Part shown: positions 1 to 13,177 of the stretch, piece by piece | How the letters are laid out: every line of letters starts with the position of its first letter | How positions within the stretch are numbered: position 1 is the first letter of the stretch | Origin: Octopus vulgaris | Taxonomy: Eukaryota | NCBI GenBank assembly: GCA_951406725.2 | Contig: OX597830.1 | Span: 29,636,001-29,700,000, forward strand | DNA length: 64,000 nt | Direction: 5' to 3' | Program-made: the position numbers and the translations under genes | Notes under the pieces: model-generated | Told to the model about the DNA's origin: nothing | Database searches by the model: none | The model's input: the letters and a program-made list of their open reading frames with translations, nothing else

Positions 1-820
1 TGATCGTATCAGCTGGGACCCTCATCGTCGCAACCGACGGAGTGCTCCTACTACTACTATGTTTCACTACGTTATCTTTGTAGCCTGATTTGTAAACTGG
101 GAGACAGCATTATTCTGGTGTTATTGAATAATTTTGATATGAAAAGTTATTGCAGAATAAACAAGAAAGATTTGGTGACATCGCTGGAAGTTGGTTAAAC
201 CCTGCTATATTTAATAATAACAGCTCATGGATTTTTTTCAACGATTTGTGAGTAGAGTCGGTTATAATATAGTAATCTCCACCCATGTTGTGATTCGGAA
301 AAGAGTATGTGTATGATGATGATGATGATGATGATGATGATTAACCTCTCTAGAATATGAGAGGTGGTGCATTGAGTGACTGGCCTTTTGTCTCAAAGAC
401 GCTAAGATGACTATCAGTCCGTGTGATAGTTTTCAGGACAATCTCGCTCTAATCAGTGCCATCTACAAGGATCAGATGTTATCGTGGCAAAAAGAAACCC
501 ATTTTTAGTGCTGAGAAGGATACAGCCCGAAACCATGTGACACCCTATATTTCAGCACACGTTACACAACTTATATAAATAGACGAAATATATATTTCTA
601 AACATTCATATGTTTTGAAGCTGAAGCTTAAGGCCTTTTGTGAATTCAAAGACTTATCTGCATGAAATATTCTTATCATAATGACAATTAATCTGTGTTG
701 CCTTTCCTATCTTCGTTGGCAAGAATTATCATTGGAACTAAAACTTTTATTTCACTAAGTTTCTAGTATTGTACATTATTTACATTCGACAGATATTTGT
801 CCTCATCTTGTTTGCTTTTA

Positions 821-864
821 ACACAACGTTTCAGCTGATATACCCTCCAGCCTCCTTCTGGTGT
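821..864 (-). ncRNA. Degenerate minimal type I hammerhead ribozyme
   Basis: Minus strand ACAC-CAGAAGG-A-GGCTGG agggtata TCAGCT-GAAA-CG-TT-GTGT. Helices I-III and GAAA are present; the CUGANGA box has 2 substitutions. Confidence 0.6.
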
Positions 865-912
865 CTTGGGGAAATTTCGAACTTGAGTTCTCATTCCTTA
901 GATATTTTTCGA

Positions 913-914
<2 letters not shown>

Positions 915-993
<79 letters not shown>

Positions 994-1001
994 CATTATT
1001 A

Positions 1002-1047
<46 letters not shown>

Positions 1048-1049
1048 CA

Positions 1050-1114
<65 letters not shown>

Positions 1115-1150
1115 TTTTGTTGTTGTTGTTGTTGTTATTGTTGTTGCTGC
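915..1150. repeat. (TTA)n/(TTG)n microsatellite
   Basis: Direct reading. Confidence 0.97.
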
Positions 1151-1377
1151 TGTTCTTCAAGTGATGCTTGGAATCTAACTCGGAATCTTGGGGTTAGTAG
1201 CCTGTACTCTTAACCACTACTCCATATGCCCGTGAGCATATGGCGTAGTGGTTAAGATGGGGACAAATATCTGTCGAATGTAAATAATGTAAATAATGTA
1301 CATAATTCCTCATCTGTTAAATATAGAAGTGTTTTTTCTAATATTGGTTTCAAATTTTGAGGGAGGGGGTAAGATAA

Positions 1378-1538
1378 ATACCCCCTCCCCGTCAAAACTG
1401 GTGCTTATTTTATCGATCTCGGAATGATAAAAGGCATATTCGACCTCAGCAGAATTTGAAATCAGAACGAGAGAAACGGACGAAATGCCGCTAAGCTTTA
1501 CAACTGGCGTGGCAACATTTCTGCCAGTTCACCACCCT
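1378..1538 (-). mobile_element. SINE family A, diverged copy
   Basis: Reverse-complement similarity to 8330-8560. Confidence 0.75.
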
Positions 1539-1967
1539 TATTACATTTCTACTATTAATTGGTTAAAAATAGCGTCGGTTTATTACATTGATTAGGTTAC
1601 CCCCATTTAACAATACATACGTTTGAATATATGTTTGAAAATATTGTTATAATATTTTTTAACAATACATTTATTGATTTTTTATTAGATCTCCTCATCG
1701 TGTCGTGTCGGTTTAGACTAATGTTTCCATGAGTTTTCTTCGGAAGCGGAAATGTATGAGCCATATATATCCATGATATTACAGTGTAAGTGGTTGCATA
1801 TTCTTTTACACATATGTGTTCAGGATGTTGCCCACAGGCAGCCTCGCTACAACGCAGTGCAGATCAAGCATGGACCATACAATTGCATAGAAAGAAAATT
1901 CAAATGCCTTTCATATATTTTTCACGTCTATCTTTCACGTCTATCTTTTTGGAAAAAACAGATTATA

Positions 1968-2501
1968 TTGGGTTGTCCGGAAAGATTGTGCCGATTTTTA
2001 AAGGAAAGAAAAGGGTCAACGAATACTTGCCATTACATTTCTAATCAACCAAATATGAACCATTTTTTGAAAATACCCTTTTCTCAGAATTGAGGTGGTT
2101 TCATGGCAAAGAATTCATCAAGGTATCTTTTTATATCATAGAAGGAATTGAAATTTTTACCATAAAGACTATTCTGCAGAGACCTGAATAAGTGGAAATC
2201 CAAAGGGGCAATATCTGGTGAATATGGAGGGTGGGGTAACACATCCCAGCCAATCTGCAGAAATTTTTGTCTAGTTTCCAAAGCATCAATTGCCGGAAAT
2301 GAACTTTCGTATCTTTCATTTTAAAGGGTTACAAAATTAATACATGTTATAGGAACATAAACTTTCTTCCACGAAAAGATAGCTTAAACTGTGTTCTAAG
2401 CGGAGGTGTAGTCAAATCCTATTTTATGGACTCAACCATGTTCTAAAATATGTCGTAATGTAAGCTACTATAAATCGGCACGAACTTTCCGGACAACCCA
2501 A
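1968..2501 (-). mobile_element. Internally deleted mariner DNA transposon
   Basis: TIRs ttgggttgtccggaaagattgtgccgattt / aaatcggcacgaactttccggacaacccaa, TA on both sides. Minus-strand peptide WDVLPHPPYSPDIAPLDFHLFRSLQNSL matches the mariner YSPDLAPSD motif. Confidence 0.93.
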
Positions 2502-3124
2502 TAGTTGAAGACACCTGATCAAGACAGGATCGAACTAGGAATCCAGTTTCTAGCACGCAAGTTTGATAACGTAAGAGTTCAACCATGTGCTAATAATATT
2601 AATCATGATCATAGATGCTTATTTACATACGCATGTTTTTCCCTCAGCAGACATTCAAAATTCAAAATTCTATCTTCTATTACATGATTTCTGTCATTAA
2701 AAAATAATCAATTCCACATTCCATTTTCTAACATGGAAAATTATTACATGAATACGTCTTGTTCCTAATAGATTTCAGTCTGGTATTTGTACAAAGGAAA
2801 CATATTTAATATATATTACAAAATTTCTATTGAAGAATTTATTGCGATGGCACTCCATTTTCTCTATATGCCGCTCGCAATGTGACATTTACAGACTTTT
2901 GCCGTCTTAATACTTTGAACAGCAATTCCGAAGAACCATTAACTATATCAAATGACTGAAACCCATCTAAGACAAGATTAATAATTGCATATCTCATTAG
3001 CTGTCTAAGGAAATAAGAGCTATAATATGCGAATAATCTTTTCTATTCTTTTTTTTTTTATTATTATTGTTTGGCATTTTTATTTTTCGCTTCTTTTTAT
3101 ATAATCATTATTATTATTATTATT

Positions 3125-3190
<66 letters not shown>

Positions 3191-4452
3191 AATAATAACA
3201 ATATGTCGCTTTTTATCTTTCTTGCTTTTTGTTAAGAACATGAATAGAAAATATTCTCTGCCATTACACCTTCATTTGTCTAGATATAAAATGATATTCT
3301 CTTGTATAATGTTATATTTATATGGGTTCTGAGCAACTCCCGCTTTCTGTTTTCTTTCACTATCCCCTCCCTCCTTTCATACTTTCTTTTGTTCTTTCTT
3401 TCTTTATGACTTCCAGTCTGTCTGTCTCTCTGTCTCTCACTGTCTCTCTCTCTCTCTCTTTCGCTCGCTGTACTTATATATATATGAGTGTGTGTGTGTA
3501 TGCCTATATATATAAATATATATATATATATAGGCATATATACATATATATATACATATATACATTCATATATATATATACATAAATATACATATGTATG
3601 TATGTATGTATATATATTCAATTCTTTCTCTCATGCACGCTTTTTACTTTAGTTGTTGTCAAGGGGAAATCCTATTTAGATTTAGAATATTTAATGTGTC
3701 TTCGCAATTCATCAACCTGTATTAAGAATACGTAATGTTCTGTAAAATACTGCTTCGGTGCGACAATAGGACAGACGTTGCTTTCCTTCGAGTAAGTATT
3801 AAACAAAGGAGGAAAAAAATAAATAATATTCAGTAATTTCATTTGTAGCTTTCAAAAAAGTGAATTGTTTTCTAACGGGCCTCGAAATCAGGTCAGCAGC
3901 GCTGTTTATCAGATTTTATCTGTTACTTTTCCCACTGAACATATTTATTGATTTCTTTTGACTATTCATGTAATTTGTCTGTGAAGTTTAGTGGACGAAA
4001 ACTGAGTGGAAGCCTGCCGGATTGATTTAAAATGTGAAATACCTAATGTATTATGTTGCGAAAGTCTAGTTTAGAAACCTGCACTTTGGAACCTCTCGCT
4101 GCTGGGAGGAAACCCGGACATAGTGCGGAGAGCTAGTCCCTTCCACTCAATGGCATAAGTTACTGGATCTGATTTTTCGTGGGAGAAAAATGTTCACCAG
4201 CATTCAGACTAGAGGAATATGAATTGAAGAGGTCTTTCCTAGGAACAAAACACTCCGTTCTCTTCAGATATCATGATGTTTTGATAACGAACCAAAGTAC
4301 TTACGACGAGGCTATGTGTAAGGTCTTATGCGGTAAGATGAACATTAGGGAACAATACAAGCAAGGACACTGTTACAACGATGAATATATATGCGTGTCA
4401 GTATGTACATAAACATACATACAACGACGCTGGCGCAAACACACATTCGTAT

Positions 4453-4577
<125 letters not shown>

Positions 4578-4580
4578 AGG

Positions 4581-4743
4581 AGGCGAAGGAGTGAATGTGT
4601 GGTAAGTAGCTTGCTTACCAGCCACATGGTTTCTGCGTTCAGCCCCACCGTGTGGCACCTTGGGCAAGTGTCTTCTACTACAGCCTCGGGCCGACCAATG
4701 CCTTGTGAGTGGATTTGGTAGACGGAAACTGAAAGAAGTCCGT

Positions 4744-4800
<57 letters not shown>

Positions 4801-5024
4801 AGGGGTGTATGTATATGTTTGTGTGTCTGTGTTTGTCCCCCTAACATCGCTTGACAACCAATGCTGGTGTGTTTGCGCCCCTGTAACTTAGGGGTTCGGC
4901 AAAAGAGACCGATAGAATAAGCATTGGCTTACAAAGAATTAAATCCTGGGGGTCAATATTTGCTCGACTAAAGACGGTGCTCCATCATGGCCGCAGTCAA
5001 ATGACTGAAACAAGTAAAAGAATA
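4581..5024 (+). mobile_element. SINE family B (tRNA head, CORE-like ACCTTGGGCAAGT, internal (TA)n)
   Basis: Shared with more than 10 copies in the window; ends ...caaatgactgaaacaagtaaaagaata. Confidence 0.88.
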
Positions 5025-5057
5025 CATACACATCAATACATAACACATTCACATTTA

Positions 5058-5948
5058 CGAGGTCTATCTGAAAAGTAACTGGACTGGTGTCACATACGAT
5101 TTATTTCAATTTCAAACAACAATCTTTATGGTTACCCCTTCAAAGTGATTCCTCTCGAGTCTGATGCACTTTTCCTTGCTTCTCTGGCACGCTTCTTTGC
5201 ACCGCTAGAAGGATTCATTTGAGATGCTCCCTAGCTACGTCGTTACGGACCCCTTGATAGCCTCCATGCCTTCAAAACGGGTCCCCTTGATGCTCCCTTT
5301 CAGCTTGGTGGAAAATATAGTCGTACGGAGCAAGATCAAGTTAATAGGGAGGTTGTTCGAGAACGTCGTTCTTCTTCACAGCCAGGACCTTCCGGTTGCT
5401 CAGGGCCTTTTGAACAGATGCATTCTGGTGGTGAAACAATCTCGATTTGTCCTACCACAATCCTCGTCGCTTCTCGAGCACTGAGTGAAGTAGACGCCGC
5501 AGGATCTCTTTGTTGATTTGCTGATTGGCCACGCGACGTTAACTGCAGTCCTTCTTGTTGAAGGCCTGCCGCTCCTGGAGACATCTTCCATCTCCTCACT
5601 CCTCTCTTTGAAACTTTTGTGCCACACAAAAACGCGTGTGCGACGTGGTGTCATCATTATACACTTGGTAAAGCATTTCAAATGCTTGTGACAAAGTTTT
5701 CTCCGACCGGACCAAAAGTTTTCGGTTTATTCGTTCTTTGGTGTTCATCGTTCGTTCCTGAGAGCTCATAGGTGAAAGATCTGAAAAGAGATAGGTGTAA
5801 ACAAAAGTATGTAAAAAATATGCAATGTTAAGACGATCGTTATATAGTCCCAAGATATGATGTTAGGTGATAACACAAACAGCTTATTCCTCTTTCATCC
5901 ATAGCTCACACAATTCACCGAGTCCCGATACTTTTCAGACAGACCTTG
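5058..5948 (-). mobile_element. Decayed mariner transposon (second family)
   Basis: TIR cgaggtctatctgaaaagta matches tacttttcagacagaccttg, TA flanks. Minus-strand HTH-like QAFEMLYQVY...VFVWHKSFKE...EDVSRSGRPST, and DLAPYDY near 5330. Confidence 0.9.
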
Positions 5949-5957
5949 TATATGTAA

Positions 5958-6004
<47 letters not shown>

Positions 6005-6071
6005 CCGCGTGTGTACCGTTGGCGATTATGTTCCCTCCGTCTTCCCTTCTTTGGATCTTTCCTTTTCCTAT

Positions 6072-6106
6072 GTTTCTGACGAAGAGCTCCGCTCGAAATG
6101 TTAAAC
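6072..6106 (+). ncRNA. Minimal type I hammerhead ribozyme
   Basis: GTTT-CTGACGA-A-GAGC tcc GCTC-GAAA-TG-TT-AAAC. Core boxes intact. Lies in a ~210-bp unit (~6001-6210) flanked by (TA)n and (TATG)n. Confidence 0.78.
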
Positions 6107-6209
6107 CCTCCTTCTTTCCTTCTTTCCTGAGCGTCCAATGATACTATACTTGTTCCACGTCCTCGCGTTGTTGTGTTTTCTCTTTTGTGTTTTCATGTCT
6201 GGATTAACA

Positions 6210-6244
<35 letters not shown>

Positions 6245-6270
6245 TGTATGTATGTATGTATGTATGTATG

Positions 6271-6337
<67 letters not shown>

Positions 6338-7250
6338 TCTGCACCTTAATCTGGTTTTAAAATGCTCGCTTCGAGAGTTGCAGTCCCTTGCGTTCGGTAC
6401 AATGTGTGTATTATGGTAGTTTTGACTTTAAGAGACCCTCCTAGTGTGAGGCATTTATGTATAGTAATGCCCTCTTATAAATAAATATATCTAAAAGGAA
6501 TAATTAATAAATTTTTCCCTTATGAGGTTTTTCACGCTAACTACTTGATAAATACTTATAAAGATTTTATCCTATATTTCATATATATATGTAGATAGGC
6601 ATGTATAGATATAGATATATATATATAGATATAGATATAGATATATATCTTGTTCTATTTCAATTGCCCTTTATTTGATCTACGTTTTAAGTCTTACCAA
6701 ACGACTGACGCAAAATTACCCTCGAATCATTAGCTATTAGAACGTTAGAAAATTGCTTTCACATGCACACTCTTTGTGTTTCTATTTGTACATATCATTT
6801 TCTAAATCGGTCTCCCTCTCTCTCTCCTTCGCCCACTACTCTCTACATTATTATTTTACCGCTCTGATAAGAATTTTGCGAAGTTCCAATATTACGCGAC
6901 ACATTAATTGTTCATAACGTGAATTCAGACTTGGTTCTGTTTCACATTATCTCTTTTCACTGGTTGGAAATCGTACGAATTCATTGCTTCAAGAATAGGT
7001 ACGGATTGAAAGGTAGTGTAATTTGTCGCTAAGTAATTTGAAACTAATTAAAGATACATATTCAGTGTTCCTGATTTGTGTTCAACGTAACACGTACTTT
7101 ATAAACAGGCAAGTATTTATACATACATGCGTATATAAACATGACTCTGTGAGCGTGTCTGTGTGTAAGTATAGCAATATACGTGTGTGTAAATATGTGT
7201 GTGTGTGTACATATATATATACATATATATATATTTGTATATGTATGTAT

Positions 7251-7284
<34 letters not shown>

Positions 7285-7285
<1 letters not shown>

Positions 7286-7452
7286 AGAAGTGGATGTGGG
7301 TTAAGTAGTTTGCATACCAGCCACATGGTTCCGTGTTCAGTCCCACTGCGTGGCACCTTGGGCAAGTGTCTTCTACTATAGCCTCGGGTCAACCAAAGCC
7401 TTGTGAGTGGATTTGGTAGGCAGAAACTCAAGGAAGACTGTCGTGTGTGTGA

Positions 7453-7487
<35 letters not shown>

Positions 7488-7631
7488 AATGTATATGTTT
7501 TGCATATCTTTTGATCGATAGAATGAGTACTAGACTTACAAAATAGTCATAGGGTTGATTTCTTTGACCAAAGGCGGTGCTGCAGCATAACCACAGTCAA
7601 ATTACTGAAATAAATAAAAGAATAAAAGAAT
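7285..7631 (+). mobile_element. SINE family B
   Basis: Similar to 4581-5024, with an internal deletion. Confidence 0.85.
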
Positions 7632-7636
7632 ATATA

Positions 7637-7710
<74 letters not shown>

Positions 7711-8329
7711 GCATGATAAAACGAATGGTTTACACGTGGTAGGTTACTGGTAAAACGTTGGAACTTTCACTGTGAACGTCAGGTACATAGCAAATGAAAG
7801 ACGGAGGATGGAATATACGAGAATTTATTATTAATCACGACAATTGCTTTGGCACGCCTAGTATCGATTCCTCTTGGGTTGGACATAACATCTGATTCAG
7901 AAGCATCCGGTGCCGCCGCAGATGTATCTCGTCAGTTGATAAATAAATAAAACTCGTTAAAATGACTGTTCCGCAATGTAACTTTCCGTTTTGTAGAATG
8001 AAAAGCAGCGAGATGGAGGAAATATCTTCATTAATATAGAAAGTCAAAAACTAAATCGCATATGGCAAAAAGAGAAACGAACACGCAATATAGCGAGAAA
8101 AGTATTAAAAGTAACCGTTAACAGACATGGATGTATAAACGCCCTCGGGTAATCTTCATTGCGCGAGTACACTCGCTCCTACAAGCATCCGCAAAAATAT
8201 GGGCATACGCGCACGCGAGGTTTGGTGCACTTATGATCAGAAAGCGAGTTAGCTATCTGCTTGGTGTTTATAAAAATTGGAGAGGTTAGAAGTAATCCAT
8301 ATCTTAAAGTACAATAAACGGTTACTCAA

Positions 8330-8560
8330 GGCGGCGAGCTGGCAGAATCGTTAGCACGCCGGGCGAAATGCTAAGCGGTATTTCGTCTGTCTTTACGTTC
8401 TGAGTTCAAATTCCGCCGAGGTCGACTTTGCCTTTCATCGTTTCGGGGTCGATAAATTAAGTACCAGTTACGCACTGGGGTTGATGTAATCGACTTAATA
8501 GCTATGTCTGTCCTTGTTTGTCCCCTCTATGTTTAGCCCCTTGTGGGTAATAAAGAAATA
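8330..8560 (+). mobile_element. SINE family A (tRNA head, Meta-domain-like central region), full length with TSD
   Basis: TSD ggttactcaa at 8320-8329 and 8561-8570; central GCCTTTCATC...GGGGTCGATAAATTAAGTACCAG. Confidence 0.93.
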
Positions 8561-8919
8561 GGTTACTCAAAATTAATTCCCACGGAATTGTGTGCAAGTA
8601 CGTTTATATGCGTGTAGACATCTGAAGAGTCTTCCAGATATTCTAGTAATGATCTCGTTAGTCCACAGAATAGACGGAGAATTCTCGGAGCATAGACGGT
8701 ATCTGCTGGAAATTATATTGCATGGTTTCGCGTACCTTACTATCGACTAATTAATGCTGTTCTTCATTTTATCCTCCTTATGTTACCATAAATAATACAG
8801 GCCAGGATAAAGTTGTCACGTCAATGAACTACCAACGAATACTCATAGACACATGCGGCATAATGCAACTGCTTTTTCCAATCCTATGCAACACACTCAA
8901 TCAAATATGCCTAACAACA

Positions 8920-9745
8920 GATATAGGAATCAAGATCTTCTCTGGTTCAACCCAATTTTCGGTTTGCATGTTTCAACCAAGATCGTTGGAATTGTTTTGC
9001 TGCTTTGGACAAGTGTTTTCCTAAATCTAATTAATATCATGCTATTTTTAATCAACACGCCGTGAAGCTATCCTACGGCAACTCAGCTAATTTAAAGCAG
9101 CGTATGCATCGCATAAACAATAGCAAAATGCGGCAAAGGTTCAGTAGCCCACCTACGGGATCTAGCAAACATTTGCATCTAAATACCAACCAAGAAGATG
9201 TAAACAGTAGTCATAAACACCAACTACGATCAATTTGTAGTATAAAAAATACTTATACAGCTAACACGGTAACAACGGCGGTAAATGGAGTCGGGACTGC
9301 CTTATATACAAATAAATACATAAATGCCCATGCAGAGAAAAATTAAAATGTCCTTTGATGAATCACTGTATCAGTACAAATCGTGAATATAAACGTACCA
9401 TGCACACTAAACGGAGGACCGTATGTTTACATTGGGGAGACAGCTGATTCATTTAAGAATCGTTATTGTAACCATTTTGCCATCTTTAAGACAATCAATA
9501 AGAAGCATTCAACATCTTTTGTAGATTTTGTATGGCGACTGAAGGAGGATAAAATAAAGTACAGCATTGATTGGTCCATAGTATGGCACGCGAGACCATA
9601 CAATATAATTTCCAAGAGATGCTGTCTCTGCTCTGAAGAATAGCTGTCTATTCTGTGGACTAATGAGAAGATCATTAATAGAATCTCTGAACGACTCATG
9701 GGATGGCTACACGCATAAAAATGTACTCTCGCACAATACAATGAG
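8920..9745 (+). pseudogene. Frameshifted PLE C-terminus with GIY-YIG endonuclease
   Basis: RNQDLLWFNPIFGLHVSTKI, KLSYGNSANLK, KCPLMNHC, YVYIGETADSFKNRYCNHF, WSIVWHARPYNIISKRCCLCSEE, with stops and frameshifts. Confidence 0.85.
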
Positions 9746-10287
9746 AATGAGTTTTGAGTAACCGTTAACTTAATTTAATGTACCTTAATGTATGGATGAC
9801 TTAAGTTTACTTTTAACCTTCCCATTCTTATAAACACCAAGCAGATAGCTAACTAGCTTTGTGATCATGAGTGTGCCAAACGTCACGTGTGCGTATGCTC
9901 ACAGTTTTGTGGATGCATGTATGAACGAGTGTACTCGCGCCATGTAGCTTAATCGTTGTTAACGGTTTACATTAAATGCTATTCGCGCTGGATTTCGTGC
10001 TTGTATTTTTGCCATCTGTGATTTAATTTTTGATCTTTTATTTAAATGAAGATATCACCTCCGTCTGGCTGCTTTTCTTTCTTCAAAACGGAAAATTACG
10101 TTGCAGAACAGTCATTTTAACGAGTTTTATTTATTTATCACCCGACGAGATACATCCGCAGCACCAGATGCTCCTAAACTAGTGGGTGAGTGTCCCACCT
10201 ATGAGGAATCGATGCTAGATGTGTCGAAACAATTGTTATGGTTAACAATAAATACTCGTATATTCCATCTTCCGTTATTCATTTGCC

Positions 10288-10322
<35 letters not shown>

Positions 10323-10419
10323 CGTGTGTGTGTGTGTGTGTGTACGAGTGAGTGGACAAACGAAAGAAGGGCACTCAAAAAATGTATTGGAATTTATATG
10401 TATGGATCAAAACAGTTCG

Positions 10420-10480
10420 ATTCAAATTTGATGGTACTCTTGAGTTTCAAGCGTGGTGCTAGTCTTCAGTCATTTTGAAT
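10420..10480 (-). ncRNA. Type I hammerhead ribozyme
   Basis: Minus strand ATTCAAAATGA-CTGAAGA-ctAGC accac GCTt-GAAA-CTC aa GAG-TA-CCAT caaa TTTGAAT. Core intact, GUA site, bulged helix I with an A-C closing mismatch. Confidence 0.68.
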
Positions 10481-11084
10481 TTAAATGACAAGACTTCATT
10501 GTTATTAGTGTAAGGTGGGCTGCGACTGGTCGAGGATAGTAACGCGGTGTCGTGGTCTGATATTGATATATGTGTAACACTTAGTTGGAAAATACCGCAT
10601 GGTGAACAAACTGACAGTTTTCCTAATCACCAACTGATCTATATTCTGTCCTCCATGTGGTCAATGTCCTGTTTACCATACAGTATTTTCAAACTAACTG
10701 TGGCTCTCACCAGCACCTTGGTTTAAATTCAACACGCCTCGTGAGCTAATGAGATCACAGTAGAAATCATACGCTGATTTCATAAATGTTAAAAGTTAAA
10801 ATTATAAATAATAATGGTAGATTGTTAGCAATTTTTTCAACCAAAAAGCAAAAATATATACATATATATTCACGCATACATATACATACACTCGCGCACA
10901 CGCACATACACACAGACGTATAGACGCATATATATTTGTATATAGGCATGTTTAAATCTGAATGTATGCTTGATAGATATGCATATGTTAATATATAGCC
11001 ATCCGAACACAAACTGTGTTTCTCTTTTCTTTCTTCTATTCTTTGTATGCAAATAACATCATTCATTGTCGATGATGTCGATTA

Positions 11085-11563
11085 ATGATGATGATGATGA
11101 TGATGATGGTGAAGACGACGAAGACAACGACGATGACAAAATGACAATCATGATGAAGATGGTGATGGTGATGGTTGTAATGATGGTGGCGGTAATGAAA
11201 AACAACAAATTCATATCAATAATGTTTTATTTATATGTTTATCAACTTTTAGATATTTCGAATGCCTTAAAAAAAGATCCTCTCTGTAATAAGATGTGTT
11301 TAATTTCGCTGGTATTTCTAGCAAATCAAATGCTTACGTATAGACTCTTGAAACATAAAGACCGTCTCCTGGAACATAACGCCACAAATACTATTCTTTC
11401 ATATCCATTCTTAGCAGCAACATTGTCGTATCCATCATCATCACCATCATCACCACCACGACCACGACCACCACCGCCGCCATCATCATCATCGTCATCA
11501 TCATCATCGTCACCATCGTCATCGTCATCATCATCATCGTCGTCATTATGATCGTCGTCGTCG

Positions 11564-11626
<63 letters not shown>

Positions 11627-11690
11627 CCATCATCATCATCATTATCATCATCACCATCATCAGCTGCAGCAGCAACATGACCACTACCAT
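11085..11690. repeat. Degenerate (GAT)n and (CAT)n arrays
   Basis: Direct reading. Confidence 0.9.
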
Positions 11691-11786
11691 TCCGTCTTGA
11701 TCATTATTATTTCAATTACTACTTGCTCTCGATTCTCTTACCACTCCTGTCTCTATTCTGTCCCCATTCTCTCTCTCTCTCTCCAC

Positions 11787-11829
<43 letters not shown>

Positions 11830-12453
11830 CATATGATCATATGACCACATTCATTAGAATTATCTTCATTGCTTCGTTATTAATTTTCCAGTCTTAATAA
11901 ACCTTTAACAATGAGAAACTGCAACTCCAACAACTACAAATAGAGAACAATTTGCCCTGAAACCTAATTTCTATATAGCCTTCATATATCGCTGTGTGAT
12001 ACAATAGAGCGTGCAGGAGATCCTCTTGCTATTGTTCTTCGTTGTAACGCCGCCAAAAACCTCGTTCTCCAGAGCTGGATATTTTGTTTCCAAGTAGCAT
12101 TAATAATACGTTAGCCTGAGGTGAAAAACGGCTTTCATCTGCTTCAGTTTTCTAAACGAAGAAACATTACACTTTATATTTACTAACGAGAAAACTGAGA
12201 CCGAACCGAAAGAGAGGAGAGAAATAATGAACAAATAATGATGGAGTAAATATAGAGAAAGAAAAAAAAAATAAAGATGTAAGAAAACTCGGAGAAACGT
12301 AAGTAAATGAAATATAAAAATTTAAAATAACATAAAATAGAGGAATTAAAATTGCTTCCTTTAGAGAGAGATTTATGTTGGAAAGATTATTTTCATTAAA
12401 TATTTCGGTTGTCCTTGTTAAAAGACGAGGGCAGTGATGGTTATGCTGGTAGA

Positions 12454-12488
12454 GGTGGTGGTGGTGGTGGTGGTGGTGATGGTGACGT

Positions 12489-12546
<58 letters not shown>

Positions 12547-13177
12547 GAGAAGGAGCAGAAGGAGACAGTGATAGAAATGAGGATGACGACGACGACGACG
12601 ACAACAACTATAATGACGAACCTGCCGCTGCCGCTACTGCTAATACCGCTGCTCATTGAGATGATGATGATAGTTTTGATGACGATGATGGGGAGAAGGA
12701 TAATGTTTTTGCTGACGATGAAGATTATGATGAAGATGATGATGATGAGGCGGGGGATGACGACGATGACGAAATCAGCGACGATTATGATGTCTATGAT
12801 TATGATGATAATGATAACGATTGCGTTGGTAATGATGATATTGAAATTGATGATGATGAGGAGGAGGTGATGACAATAATGACGACGATCACGAAGATAA
12901 CGACTATAACGATGACGATGATAATGATAATGATGACGATGATGATGATGACAATGGTGACGAAGATGACGATGATGATGATGGCAATGAAGACGATGAA
13001 AACGATAATGTTGAAGGGGATGATGATGGGGAGGGGAAGAACAGAAGGAAGGCAGGATGATAATAACGACGATGGCGACGATGATGAATGTCGATTATGA
13101 GGATGATAATAATGATGATGATGACGATGATGATGATGTTGATGTTCATGATGATGATAATGATGACGATGACGACG
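12454..13177. repeat. Long degenerate (GAT/GAC/GGT)n array
   Basis: Direct reading. Confidence 0.93.

Larger units (their letters stand above)
770..1302. mobile_element. Fold-back non-autonomous element (probably PLE-derived) with decayed hammerhead, internal (TTA)n and tRNA-like head
   Basis: 770-809 is the reverse complement of ~1254-1292. Internal hairpin at 1208-1257. Minus-strand A/B-box-like head at 1170-1229 and HHR-like motif at 821-864. Confidence 0.6.
7790..10286 (+). mobile_element. 5'-truncated Penelope-like retroelement with inverted pseudo-LTR
   Basis: 7790-8779 (excluding the inserted SINE) is the diverged reverse complement of 9541-10286. The interior encodes WFNP..., CPLMNHC, YIGETADSFKNRY and CCLCSEE motifs. 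Confidence 0.88.

Noticed and set aside
8330-8420. tRNA-like sequence (also ~40207-40270 and ~1170-1229)
   Set aside because: These are SINE or element heads with A/B boxes but no complete cloverleaf or acceptor stem, so not tRNA genes.
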